From NCBI GenBank assembly GCA_029287435.1, contig JARFRD010000063.1, forward strand, positions 5,431-69,430: a stretch of DNA of 64,000 nt, written 5' to 3'. The notes below the pieces were generated by a model that was given only the letters and a program-made list of their open reading frames with translations, was not told the DNA's origin and did not search any database. Positions 11,037-20,842 of the stretch are shown here, piece by piece. Every line of letters starts with the position of its first letter. Position 1 is the first letter of the stretch. The translations under genes were made by a program, and so were the position numbers. The DNA comes from Gammaproteobacteria bacterium. GTDB taxonomy: Bacteria; Pseudomonadota; Gammaproteobacteria; SZUA-229.

Positions 11037-12427
11037 AAGATCACTATTCACTGGTGATCGTTGGTGCCGGACCGGCTGGGCTGGCTGCAGCGGTGAATGC
11101 AGCACATCATGGGCTTGATGTTGCGTTGCTGGATGAGCAGCCTGCTCCAGGTGGGCAGATTTATAGAGCCATAGAATCTATTCCGGCTGAGCGGTCCAGC
11201 TTACTCGGTGCTGAGTACCAGCGCGGCTCGGAGCTGGTATCAGTGTTGCGTGATTCATCCATTGAATATTATCCAGACACACAGGTTTGGTCATTGAACC
11301 GCAAGCTTGAAATAGGATTGGTGTGCTCGAACACAGCAGCAATGATCACGGCCAATCAGATCCTGCTTGCAAATGGCGCCATGGAGCGCCCCTTACCGTT
11401 TCCGGGCTGGACACTGCCTGGAGTCATGAATGCCGGAGCCGGGCAGATCCTGTTCAAGGCCCATGGCATTGTTCCTGCTGATGGCGTTGTTCTGGCCGGC
11501 TCTGGCCCCCTGTTATTGTTACTGGCATGGCAGTATCTGCACGCCGGTGTGAAGATAAAGGCGATACTTGACCTTACCCCCGTTCACAATCACCTGCGGG
11601 CATTGCCGTATCTGCCCCGTGCCTTGCTGGCTGGCCATTACCTGATGAAGGGAATGGCCTATAAAAAGGAGCTGAAGCGTGCCGGTATCAGCACGTTGCA
11701 TAACATCAGTGAGTTACGGGCCAGTGGCAGGGAACAGCTTGAGTCAATCAGTTTCCGTCAGAACGGCAGGCAACATGTTTTAGAGACAGAATTGCTATTA
11801 ACCCATTTCGGGGTAATTCCACACACTCAGCTGTCGCGGGCTGCCGGATGCAGGCATGACTGGGACAGCAGCCAGCAGTGCTGGCGTCCACAGCTTGACG
11901 AATGGGGCAATAGCAGTATCGATGGCATCCTGATTGCTGGTGATGGCGGTGGAATAGGCGGTGCCCGAACAGCTGAACATGCCGGTCGTCTGGCGGCTTT
12001 GGAGGCTCTTCATCAGCTTGCAAAGATAGACCAGCGGCAACGTGATCGTCTGGGTCGGAAAGACAGGAAATGGATGCGTGAAGATTTACATGTTCGCCCT
12101 TTTCTGGAGGCCTTTTTTCATATACCCGGTAAGCTGCTTAGAGTGCCTGACGATGGAACTATCGTCTGTCGTTGCGAGGAAGTTACTGCCGGCGAGATAC
12201 GCATGGCCGTCGCTAATGGCCATAGCGATAGCAACCAGGTCAAGTTTCAGACCCGCTGCGGAATGGGTCCCTGCCAGGGTCGCCAGTGTGCCGATGTGGT
12301 GGAAAATATCATCGCCGCGACGGGCGGAGACAGCATAGCCCGGGGAGGTCATTATCGGGGTCGACCACCGGTAACACCATTGACACTGGGTCAGCTGGCC
12401 AGTCTCTATCCAGAGGAAAAGGAATGA
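11033..12427 (+). CDS. FAD/NAD(P)-binding oxidoreductase with a BFD-like [2Fe-2S] domain (HcnB/OoxA/LhpE-like alpha subunit)
   Basis: 464 aa with an N-terminal dinucleotide-binding motif (LVIVGAGPAGLAAA) and a C-terminal CRCEEVTAGEI...CGMGPCQGRQC BFD-type iron-sulfur motif. Its ATGA start overlaps the upstream stop. Confidence 0.75.
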   Translation: MKDHYSLVIVGAGPAGLAAAVNAAHHGLDVALLDEQPAPGGQIYRAIESIPAERSSLLGAEYQRGSELVSVLRDSSIEYYPDTQVWSLNRKLEIGLVCSNTAAMITANQILLANGAMERPLPFPGWTLPGVMNAGAGQILFKAHGIVPADGVVLAGSGPLLLLLAWQYLHAGVKIKAILDLTPVHNHLRALPYLPRALLAGHYLMKGMAYKKELKRAGISTLHNISELRASGREQLESISFRQNGRQHVLETELLLTHFGVIPHTQLSRAAGCRHDWDSSQQCWRPQLDEWGNSSIDGILIAGDGGGIGGARTAEHAGRLAALEALHQLAKIDQRQRDRLGRKDRKWMREDLHVRPFLEAFFHIPGKLLRVPDDGTIVCRCEEVTAGEIRMAVANGHSDSNQVKFQTRCGMGPCQGRQCADVVENIIAATGGDSIARGGHYRGRPPVTPLTLGQLASLYPEEKE

Positions 12428-13533
12428 AGCCTGATGTTCTGATTATTGGTGGTGGACTGATGGGGTTTTCTGTAGCCCTGCAGCTGGTAAAACGCGGCAC
12501 GCGCTGCAAGGTTCTGGACAAGGACAGTGCGGGACGCCATGCTTCCGGCGTCAATGCAGGTGGCCTGCGACAGCTAAATCGTCATCCGGCTGAAATACCG
12601 ATATCGGTAGCGGCTGCTGATATGTGGCATAACATTGAATCACTGGTTGATTCAGACTGTGATACCCGTTTCCCTGGCCAGATCCGGGTTGCGGAAAATG
12701 CTGAAGACATGCAGCTGCTTGAGGGGCGTGCAGCGATGGTTCGAGGGCTGGGATTTGAACACGAGGAAATTATTGACAGAGACGAATTATACCGGCTGGT
12801 ACCGGCACTGGCGCCACACTGCAAAGGCGCCCTGATATGCCGCAATGACGGCTATGGTCGGCCCTTTCATGCGCTCGATGCCTTTCGCCGCAAGGCACTC
12901 TCACTGGGTGTTGAATATCACGCTTCGGTACGCGCAGACGCAATAGAACACAATGGAAACGAGTGGTGTGTGAGTTCTGAGAAGGGTGAATTTCGTGCAC
13001 CTGTACTGGTGAATTGCGCAGGTGCCTGGGCTGCTCGTGTTGCTGCTGCACTGGGTGAATCGGTTCCGCTGAAACCCGGTGCTCCGATGCTGATGATCAC
13101 CGAACGTCTGCCCCGTTTCATAGAGCCGGTGATAGGAGCGGCGAGCCGTAAGCTGTCATTCAAGCAGATGCAGAATGGCACACTGCTAATTGGTGGTGCT
13201 CACATGGCTGAACTGGATTTTGAACATCAGACAACGGATATGGACTGGGCAAAACTTGCGCTTAGCGCACGCACAGTTATGGCCCTGTTTCCGCAACTGG
13301 AAAATGTACGTATCGTACGCACATGGGCGGGTATAGAAGCCTTTATGCCAGACAATCTGCCCGTTATCGGACGCAGCAGCAGGTCGCCTTATGCCTACCA
13401 TGCCTTTGGCTTCTCAGCGCACGGTTTTCAATTGTCTCCCGTGGTCGGTAAGATTATTTCTCAGTTGATACTTGATGAGCGGACCGAGTTCCCCATTGAG
13501 CCATTCAACATTCAACGGTTTTGTAAAAGGTAA
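12424..13533 (+). CDS. FAD-dependent oxidoreductase, DadA/HcnC/OoxB/LhpB-like beta subunit. Start taken at the internal ATG 12424 (MKPDVLIIGGGLMG).
   Basis: About 369 aa with the GxGxxG motif VLIIGGGLMGFSVALQL at its N-terminus. The ATGA overlaps the stop of the upstream gene, and the track extension to 12286 overlaps that gene. Confidence 0.75.
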   Translation: MKPDVLIIGGGLMGFSVALQLVKRGTRCKVLDKDSAGRHASGVNAGGLRQLNRHPAEIPISVAAADMWHNIESLVDSDCDTRFPGQIRVAENAEDMQLLEGRAAMVRGLGFEHEEIIDRDELYRLVPALAPHCKGALICRNDGYGRPFHALDAFRRKALSLGVEYHASVRADAIEHNGNEWCVSSEKGEFRAPVLVNCAGAWAARVAAALGESVPLKPGAPMLMITERLPRFIEPVIGAASRKLSFKQMQNGTLLIGGAHMAELDFEHQTTDMDWAKLALSARTVMALFPQLENVRIVRTWAGIEAFMPDNLPVIGRSSRSPYAYHAFGFSAHGFQLSPVVGKIISQLILDERTEFPIEPFNIQRFCKR

Positions 13534-13534
13534 G

Positions 13535-13575
13535 AAGTTTTACGCAGTTGTTTTATGATTAATCTGATATTTAAC
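13535..13575. repeat. Intergenic motif TTACGC(GC)AGTT-TTTTAT-TTA-ATCT-A-ATTT, copy 1; copy 2 lies at 14438-14478
   Basis: The two intergenic copies align by eye at roughly 80% identity over about 35 bp. One lies upstream of the methyltransferase gene and the other upstream of the csp gene. Confidence 0.35.
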
Positions 13576-13589
13576 ACCTGAGCATCATA

Positions 13590-14405
13590 ATGGAAGACGA
13601 GCAACGCAAGGAATTCATCCGCCAGGTCTTTAACACCGTTTGCGAACAATACGGCAAAGGCTCTTTAAGATTCTTTGAGAATGCAGCCAGTCACCTGCCA
13701 GGTTTACTTAATTTGAATGGTGATGAGAATATTCTCGATATTGCTGCTGGCACTGGACTGGCATCCACACTACTAGCCTGTCATCTGCCTGACGGTAAGG
13801 TAACTGGTATTGATCTCTCTGAAGGAATGCTTGAAAAAGCGCGGGCCAGGGCAAATGCTCTAGAACTGACTAATGTCAAATTTCAGCAAATGGATATGAC
13901 ACGCATGGATCTACCGCAAAAGCACTATGATGTAATCAATGCATCCTTTGGGGTTTTCTTCGTTGAAGACATGCAACAGCTCGTTGAAGACGTTTACACG
14001 CGCCTGAAACCCGGTGGCCGCTTCCTTACTACCCATTTTGCAAAAGGCAGTATGGCACCGATGCAGGATCTGATCATGAAACGTTTACAGCAATATGGTG
14101 TTGATGTTCCTGACATCTCCTGGTCACAGCTCGATAGCGAAGCATCCAACTGTGAACTTTACGAAGCTGCAGGTTTTAAGAAAATCACTCATAGACGAAA
14201 CCAGGTTGGTTATTATTTCGACGATGCAAATGGCTGGTGGGATGTAGTGTGGTGGGCCGGCTACCGTGGTTTTGTTAGTCAGATAGCCGAACAACAGGCG
14301 GCGCAATTCAAGCAGGAACATCTGCATGAGGTCAATGAACTGGCCGATGAAAATGGCATCTTCTTCAATGTTGAAGTTATTCACACCATCGGAGAAAAGG
14401 TTTGA
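13590..14405 (+). CDS. class I SAM-dependent methyltransferase
   Basis: 271 aa with the motif-I region ILDIAAGTGLAS and a Rossmann-like MTase fold. Confidence 0.8.
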   Translation: MEDEQRKEFIRQVFNTVCEQYGKGSLRFFENAASHLPGLLNLNGDENILDIAAGTGLASTLLACHLPDGKVTGIDLSEGMLEKARARANALELTNVKFQQMDMTRMDLPQKHYDVINASFGVFFVEDMQQLVEDVYTRLKPGGRFLTTHFAKGSMAPMQDLIMKRLQQYGVDVPDISWSQLDSEASNCELYEAAGFKKITHRRNQVGYYFDDANGWWDVVWWAGYRGFVSQIAEQQAAQFKQEHLHEVNELADENGIFFNVEVIHTIGEKV

Positions 14406-14437
14406 AATAATTGCAACACGGCGGAAGGTATAAAAGA

Positions 14438-14478
14438 TTACGCGCAGTTCTTTTATCTTATATCTAAATTTAGGCTTT
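14438..14478. repeat. Intergenic motif, copy 2 (see 13535-13575)
   Basis: Sequence attacgcgcagttcttttatcttatatctaaattt, in the 5' leader region of the csp gene. Confidence 0.35.
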
Positions 14479-14623
14479 TTATCTCTGCATGAAACATGTT
14501 ACATTCGTTCTCGCTACATACTCTGCTGGTTTTTGTCAGAAGTTCGATCCAACTTTCTCCTGTTGATTACCTCGTAAGATTTGTAACATGCTAATTTTTT
14601 AATTTTTTTTTGAGGTATTTATC

Positions 14624-14824
14624 ATGGCAACAGGAACCGTTAAATGGTTTAACGAATCCAAAGGCTTCGGCTTTATCACTCCATCTGATGGCAGTAAGGA
14701 CGTATTTGTACACTTTTCTGCTATCGCCAGTGAAGGCTTCCGTACACTCGCTGAAGGTCAGGACGTGACTTTCGACGTTGAAGAAGGAGCAAAAGGCCCT
14801 ACAGCAGTAAACGTACAGACCTGA
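14624..14824 (+). CDS. cold-shock protein, CspA family
   Basis: 66 aa reading [20 protein letters not shown]...VHFSAI, carrying the RNP1/RNP2 cold-shock-domain motifs. It has a roughly 200-nt AT-rich leader and a GAGG RBS. Confidence 0.92.
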   Translation: MATGTVKWFNESKGFGFITPSDGSKDVFVHFSAIASEGFRTLAEGQDVTFDVEEGAKGPTAVNVQT

Positions 14825-14849
14825 ATAGCCGGTCATACTAAGTATCAAA

Positions 14850-14881
14850 AAGCCTCGCAATAAATAGCGGGGTTTTTTTTG
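14850..14881 (+). terminator. rho-independent terminator after the csp gene
   Basis: Stem agcctcgc / gcggggt (with one G-U wobble) followed by an 8-T run (gcggggtttttttt). Confidence 0.65.
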
Positions 14882-15066
14882 TCAAAAGTACAAACTTTAG
14901 AGTTACAAATGGCCTGGCTAACAATACTAATGGTATTTGTGCCCGCTTTCTCTGGATTAATGAAAGTCAAGATCTATATGCATCAATGTACCTTTTGTTA
15001 GTTTTTATGATAATTTACACAACAGAATACTTTCATATTTTATAATTTCTAATTAGAAAAAGGAGT

Positions 15067-15582
15067 TTGGTCATGAGAAGAATCTACTTCCTGTTACCTG
15101 ATGTCGACGTTGCGCGTAAGATTGTTGACGAATTACTGCTTGCGCGAATTGCTGAAAATAATATTCATGTGATTGCGAAAGAAGGTACTGCGATGGCAGA
15201 TCTGCCGGAAGCGTCACTGGCGCAGAAAAGTGATGTAGTCCCGGCGTTCGAGCGTGGTATTGCAGTTGGTGGAGCAACCGGTCTTCTCGCTGGTGTAGCT
15301 GCTGTTACCTTTCCGCCCGCAGGCCTGGTACTAGGAGGGGGTGCACTGCTGGGTATTGCACTCGCCGGCACCGGATTTGGTGCACTTATGTCTACTATGA
15401 TCGGTGTCAGTGCCCCAAACTCTCGCCATGCACAATTTGAGGAAGCCATCAAAGAGGGCGAAATATTAATGTTGGTCGATGTCCCCAAAGCTCGCGTTGA
15501 TGAGATTGAGGAACTGGTCAAGCAACATCATCCTGATGCAGACATTGAGGGTACTGAACCCACAATTCCAGCGTTTCCATAA
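15067..15582 (+). CDS. small glycine-zipper membrane protein (DUF1269-like, stress-protein-like); function unknown
   Basis: 171 aa with a central Gly/Ala-rich hydrophobic segment (GGATGLLAGVAAVTFPPAGLVLGGGALLGIALAGTGFGALM) flanked by charged soluble regions. Confidence 0.5.
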   Translation: MVMRRIYFLLPDVDVARKIVDELLLARIAENNIHVIAKEGTAMADLPEASLAQKSDVVPAFERGIAVGGATGLLAGVAAVTFPPAGLVLGGGALLGIALAGTGFGALMSTMIGVSAPNSRHAQFEEAIKEGEILMLVDVPKARVDEIEELVKQHHPDADIEGTEPTIPAFP

Positions 15583-15822
15583 ATTTGTGTGTGTTTTCAG
15601 TTGTAAGGACTCGGTGGCAAACTCAGAGTCATAGTTAACTGCCACTGTTTCCTTGCAGGCCTGAATAATTGACAAATATCCGGCTGCGATAAGCAACAAA
15701 TCCTCGACACGATTTGATCTACTGAATCACTGTCATTTGCACACGTCCTGATTCCCTGCCATCTGTGCAAAAAAAACCTGAGGGTCAATAAGAATGTCAT
15801 AGTAGGTGAATTCTTGATTTAT

Positions 15823-15855
15823 GTGACCAGTGGTCATATAATGACTGTCGGTCAT
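15823..15855. promoter_or_regulatory. Two palindromic operator-like sites (TGACCAgTGGTCA and ATGACtgtcgGTCAT) overlapping a TATAAT -10 box upstream of the tetR-RND operon
   Basis: The perfect 6-bp-arm palindrome and the second 5-bp-arm palindrome were both read directly from the sequence, 15-45 bp upstream of the tetR start. TetR-family repressors typically bind such sites. Confidence 0.5.
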
Positions 15856-15868
15856 AGAGTGTTGCACG

Positions 15869-16501
15869 ATGGTAAGTAGTGAACGAAAAATACGCGAATT
15901 TGAACGGCGTGAGCAGGAAATTCTATCAGCTGCGCTGAAGTTGTTTTCAGGTGAAAGATGGGAGTCCGTCACCGTCACCCAGATCGCCAAAGAGGCTGAC
16001 ATAGGCAAGGGTACGGTCTACAAGCACTTTGCTAGCAAGGATGAAATCTATGCCCGGCTGGCACTGGATTTTTTCAACGGTTTGCTGCAACGCTGTCGCC
16101 AGATTCCAACTGGTGATAATCCAGTCGTAAACCTGCGCGATGCTTTTCGTGATGCACTGCACTATCACCTGGAACACCAGCAGTACAGTAATGTCAGACA
16201 GTATGTATTCCGCGCTGGTTTCTGGGAGCGCCTGAGCAAATCCTATGTGGTGGCCTTCGAAAAACTGGATGCGGAATTTGGTGCGTGGGCAAATGAACAC
16301 ATAGAGCGTGGAATGAAAGCGGGCGTATTTCGGATACAAGCGTTGCAAAATGTCAGAATGGGGCTTGATGCGTTATTCAATGGAGCCGTCAACCAGTTAT
16401 GGGGCAATCGTTGCTGGATGAAAGTCGACCCGCAAGTATATATCGAGCAGATTGCCGATTTCGCCATAAATTCACTGAAAGCAGAACAGGTAAATAAATG
16501 A
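15869..16501 (+). CDS. TetR/AcrR family transcriptional regulator
   Basis: 210 aa with the N-terminal HTH TQIAKEADIGKGTVYKHFASKDEIY. It overlaps the downstream MFP gene by 4 nt. Confidence 0.85.
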   Translation: MVSSERKIREFERREQEILSAALKLFSGERWESVTVTQIAKEADIGKGTVYKHFASKDEIYARLALDFFNGLLQRCRQIPTGDNPVVNLRDAFRDALHYHLEHQQYSNVRQYVFRAGFWERLSKSYVVAFEKLDAEFGAWANEHIERGMKAGVFRIQALQNVRMGLDALFNGAVNQLWGNRCWMKVDPQVYIEQIADFAINSLKAEQVNK

Positions 16502-17583
16502 AATCATCGCAGGTTATCGCTCTCGGCATCGTCATTGCGCTGGTGCTGTGGATTAGCAGCGGTTATATCATCAATGGAAGTTCCGCCACCCCAGCCACAC
16601 AGGCGCAGCAGGAGCGCGAAATTCTGATGAAAGTACGGGTAAAGACTTTCAATATTGAGAATGTTACCAGCGTGGTTTTTGTACAGGGTCAACTGGAGCC
16701 ATGGCGTACAGTCACCCTGCGCGCAGAAACCGCCGGTACCGTCGACCAGGTGAATGTGGAAATTGGTACCCGCGTTAAGAAAGGTGATGTACTGGTGAAT
16801 ATTTCAATGGATGATCGCGAAGTTAAATTAGCCCGCGCCAGGGCTCAGCTGGCACAAAACAGGGCTGACCTGGAAGCTGCTGAGCGCCTGTTCGGTAAAA
16901 AGATGCAGTCAGAAAATAGCGTCCGTGCCGCCCGCGCGAATGTGGCGGTAGCAGAAGCGGAACTGGCAGCTATCAAACTGGAGATCGAACGAACATCGGT
17001 ACGGGCACCCTTCGACGGTGTTGTGGAAGAGCGATCAGCTGAACTCGGATCGTTGCTTGAACGTGGTGACTCGGTGGTGACCGTTGTCGATGACTCGCGC
17101 CTTAAAGCGACAGCACAGGTTCCGCAACAGAGCATCGGTAGCCTGTCTCTGGGACAGTCAGTAAAAATTTCACTGATTACCGGCGAACAGGTGAATGGGA
17201 CATTGACTTTCATTTCGCGCCTGGCTGATGAAGCTACGCGCAGTTATCGTATCGAAGTTGAAGTACCGAACACAGAGCTGGAACTGGTCAGCGGCTTGAG
17301 TGCTGTGCTGGAGATTCCGACAAGTGAGTCTGAGGGACATTTCCTGTCACCATCGCTGTTGACCCTGCATGATGATGGACGCCTTGGTGTCATGGCTGTC
17401 AATGAATCCAGCCAGGCGGTGTTCTATCCGCTGACGATTATTCGATCTGAAGACGGCGGCGTATGGGTTGCCGGGCTACCACAACAGGTTCGACTTGTTA
17501 CCTTCGGACAGGGTTTCATCCAATCAGGTGAACGGGTCATCCCGGTGGATGAAGCATCGACCATTAATAACTCTGATAGCTGA
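16498..17583 (+). CDS. efflux RND transporter periplasmic adaptor (membrane fusion protein)
   Basis: 361 aa with an N-terminal TM segment followed by a biotinyl/lipoyl-like region, a coiled-coil hairpin and a beta-barrel domain. Confidence 0.85.
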   Translation: MKSSQVIALGIVIALVLWISSGYIINGSSATPATQAQQEREILMKVRVKTFNIENVTSVVFVQGQLEPWRTVTLRAETAGTVDQVNVEIGTRVKKGDVLVNISMDDREVKLARARAQLAQNRADLEAAERLFGKKMQSENSVRAARANVAVAEAELAAIKLEIERTSVRAPFDGVVEERSAELGSLLERGDSVVTVVDDSRLKATAQVPQQSIGSLSLGQSVKISLITGEQVNGTLTFISRLADEATRSYRIEVEVPNTELELVSGLSAVLEIPTSESEGHFLSPSLLTLHDDGRLGVMAVNESSQAVFYPLTIIRSEDGGVWVAGLPQQVRLVTFGQGFIQSGERVIPVDEASTINNSDS

Positions 17584-17594
17584 TACTGGCAATC

Positions 17595-20500
17595 ATGCAT
17601 ACGATTATAGATGCCGCATTCAATCGCAGCCGAGTAGTTCTTCTGATTCTTGCTTTTCTGCTTATTGCGGGGAGTATTTCGTGGATAAATATACCCAAGG
17701 AGTCAGCCCCTGATGTAGCGGTACCAATAGTGTATGTATCACTCAACCATGAGGGTATTTCACCGGATGATGCTGAGCGCCTGCTGGTCAGGCCGATGGA
17801 AAAGGAACTACAGTCAGTTGAAGGGCTGAAAGAAATGAAGTCAACGGCCAGTGAAGGACATGCTTCGCTGATCCTGACATTTTATGCTGGTCATGACATC
17901 AAGAGGGCTCTTGACGATGTCCGCGAGAAAGTCGATACAGCCAAATCTGAATTACCGGCAGATACCGATGAACCGATCGTGCAGGAAGTCAATTTTGCCC
18001 TGTTTCCAATCATCACCGTGGCACTATCCGGGCCAGTCCCGGAACGTGCACTGATACAGATTGCGCGCAATCTCAAGGATCGACTCGAGTCGATTCCCAC
18101 TGTACTGAAAGCGGATATCGGTGGTGATCGAGAACGACTGATGGAGATCATCGTCGACCCGGTGGTACTTGAGACCTACGGCGTCCGTTTCGATCAGGTG
18201 ATTGATCTGATTTATAACAACAATAAGCTGGTGGCTGCCGGTGCGGTTGATACCGGCTCCGGGCGCATGGTGATAAAAGTCCCGGGCGTAGTAGAAGGCC
18301 TCGAGGATGTGACCAGTCTGCCAATCAAGGTCGATGGCGACACGGTCGTCACACTTGGTGATGTTGCACTGGTGCGCAGCACTTTTAAGGACCCGCAGGG
18401 TTTTGCACGTGTTGGTGGGCAACCTTCGCTAACGCTGGAGATATCAAAACGTATTGGCGCTAACATAATTGAGACTATCGACGCTGTACAGGCCATTGTC
18501 GAGGAAGAGCGGGCACGGTGGCCGGACACCATCCGGGTGGCTTATTTACAGGACCAGTCGAAGCAGATCAAGACCATGCTGTCAGACCTGACCAACAACG
18601 TGCTGACTGCCATTATGCTCGTCATGATCATTATCGTTGCAGCACTCGGATTACGCTCTGCCATTCTTGTTGGCATTGCGATACCGGGCGCTTTCCTTAC
18701 CGGTATCCTGGTTATCTCGGCACTGGGTTATACCCTTAACATGGTAGTACTGTTCAGCCTTATCCTTGTTGTCGGAATGCTCGTCGACGGCGCCATTGTT
18801 ATCTCTGAACTGGCAGAGCGCAACCGTGCAGATGGCATGAAGCTGCGTGAATCTTTTATGGCAGCTTCGAAACGTATGTCATGGCCCGTCACAGCATCGA
18901 CGATGACTACGCTGGCGGTGTTCCTGCCATTGCTGTTCTGGCCCGGCATGGTAGGTCAGTTCATGAAATACCTGCCAATCACTGTCATCATCTGTCTCAG
19001 TGCATCACTGGCTATGGCGCTGATATTTATTCCTGTACTTGGTGGCAGCCTGGGTGGGGAGACACGACCGGCCGTGCATTCTCGAGATACCGGAAAAGCA
19101 GGACAGGTCTATCGCACAATACTTGCCAAACTGCTAAAACGCCCTGGCATGGTCCTGGCCGTTGCGGTGGCAGCGCTAATTGGTACCTATATAATTTACG
19201 GAAATTTCGGTCGTGGTGTTGAGTTCTTTCCAAACGTGGAGCCGGAATTTGCTCAGGTGCAGCTGCATGCGCGTGGCGACCTGTCCATTCATGAAAAAGA
19301 TGCCCTGTTGCGTGAAGTAGAAAAACGCATCCTCGACATGCGCGAGCTTAAAACTATCAGTAGTCGTTCCTTTAATAGTGTATCGGGAACTGATCGTGCG
19401 GAGGACGTCGTCGGTGTCATTATGCTCGAGTTCATCGACTGGGAGCAGCGTCGCAAAGCTAACGAGATACTCGAGGAAATGAAGCAGCGAACCAGCGATA
19501 TTGCTGGCGTTATGATCGAGTTTACGAAGGCAGAGCATGGCCCTACTCAGGGCAAGCCAATACAGATACAGGTTGCATCGCGTGACCAGGATCGGCTAAT
19601 GGCAGCCGCTACAAGAATCAAACAGATCATGAACAAGATACCGGGACTCGTCGGCATAGAGGACAGCCTTCCGCAGCCCGGTATAGAGTGGCGCCTGCAG
19701 ATTGATCGTGAACAGGCTGCGCGCTATGGTGCAGATGTGACGACGCTGGGTCAATCTGTGCAAATGCTCACCGGCGGTATCAAGGTGACAGACTATCGTC
19801 CCGATGATACTGATGATGAAGTGGACATACGGGTGCGTTTTCCTGTATCGGAACGCAACCTTGAGCGGCTCAATCACCTGACGATATCGACCAGTCGTGG
19901 TCAGATACCAATCGGCAACTTCGTTACCATTGTGCCAGCGCACAAAACAGGCACTGTCACGCGCGTTGACGGGCAGCGCGTGGTGATCATCAAGTCCGAT
20001 GTCGAGGAAGGACTGCTGGTTGATGATCTGGTGTCCAGCATCAAGGACAGGCTGTTGAAAGAGAACCCGGATCCCTTAATCTCAGTCACCTTCAAGGGAG
20101 AAGATGAAGAACAACGGGAAGCGGCCGTGTTCCTGATGACGGCATTCGGCATTGCTATTTTTCTAATGACTGTGATCCTGGTGACGCAATTCAATAGCCT
20201 GTATCAGGCACTACTGGTACTTTCCGCGATAGTATTTTCAACAGCTGGCGTGTTGATCGGTCTTCTGGTTACATATCAACCATTCGGCATCGTCATGGTC
20301 GGTCTCGGTATCATCGCGCTGGCAGGCATTGTTGTGAACAACAATATTGTATTGATCGATACTTATAATCGTATCCGTCAGGATGAAGGACTGTCACCTG
20401 TGGAAGCCGCACTGGAGACCGGTAGTCTGCGCCTGCGACCAGTTTTCCTGACTGCAATAACGACAGTGTTGGGACTGATGCCAATGGTATTGTCACTGAA

Positions 20501-20738
20501 CATCAACCTGATAGAACGCCATGTTGCCTATGGTGCGCCGTCTACACAATGGTGGACACAGCTGTCGTCGGCGATTGCCGGTGGTCTGACTTTTGCAACG
20601 GTGCTGACACTGGTACTGACACCCTGCATGCTGGTGTTGGGAGAACGAAAGTGGGTAAGCTGGTCTGCCATGTTCAGGTTGTTGCAGGATGCCACGGTAA
20701 AAAAACCGGTGCTTGTGAAACGCAAGTCGGAAGGTTGA
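17595..20738 (+). CDS. efflux RND transporter permease (AcrB/HAE family)
   Basis: 1047 aa, 12-TM RND architecture with two large periplasmic loops. Confidence 0.9.
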   Translation: MHTIIDAAFNRSRVVLLILAFLLIAGSISWINIPKESAPDVAVPIVYVSLNHEGISPDDAERLLVRPMEKELQSVEGLKEMKSTASEGHASLILTFYAGHDIKRALDDVREKVDTAKSELPADTDEPIVQEVNFALFPIITVALSGPVPERALIQIARNLKDRLESIPTVLKADIGGDRERLMEIIVDPVVLETYGVRFDQVIDLIYNNNKLVAAGAVDTGSGRMVIKVPGVVEGLEDVTSLPIKVDGDTVVTLGDVALVRSTFKDPQGFARVGGQPSLTLEISKRIGANIIETIDAVQAIVEEERARWPDTIRVAYLQDQSKQIKTMLSDLTNNVLTAIMLVMIIIVAALGLRSAILVGIAIPGAFLTGILVISALGYTLNMVVLFSLILVVGMLVDGAIVISELAERNRADGMKLRESFMAASKRMSWPVTASTMTTLAVFLPLLFWPGMVGQFMKYLPITVIICLSASLAMALIFIPVLGGSLGGETRPAVHSRDTGKAGQVYRTILAKLLKRPGMVLAVAVAALIGTYIIYGNFGRGVEFFPNVEPEFAQVQLHARGDLSIHEKDALLREVEKRILDMRELKTISSRSFNSVSGTDRAEDVVGVIMLEFIDWEQRRKANEILEEMKQRTSDIAGVMIEFTKAEHGPTQGKPIQIQVASRDQDRLMAAATRIKQIMNKIPGLVGIEDSLPQPGIEWRLQIDREQAARYGADVTTLGQSVQMLTGGIKVTDYRPDDTDDEVDIRVRFPVSERNLERLNHLTISTSRGQIPIGNFVTIVPAHKTGTVTRVDGQRVVIIKSDVEEGLLVDDLVSSIKDRLLKENPDPLISVTFKGEDEEQREAAVFLMTAFGIAIFLMTVILVTQFNSLYQALLVLSAIVFSTAGVLIGLLVTYQPFGIVMVGLGIIALAGIVVNNNIVLIDTYNRIRQDEGLSPVEAALETGSLRLRPVFLTAITTVLGLMPMVLSLNINLIERHVAYGAPSTQWWTQLSSAIAGGLTFATVLTLVLTPCMLVLGERKWVSWSAMFRLLQDATVKKPVLVKRKSEG

Positions 20739-20842
20739 ACAAAACAGTTTTGAGTATTACGTGTTTGGTGTTATGTAAAATGTAACAGGTAAAACCTTTA
20801 TGCACTGTGGTAGACTGAAGTTCAACAAGGAGTTGAGCGTTT

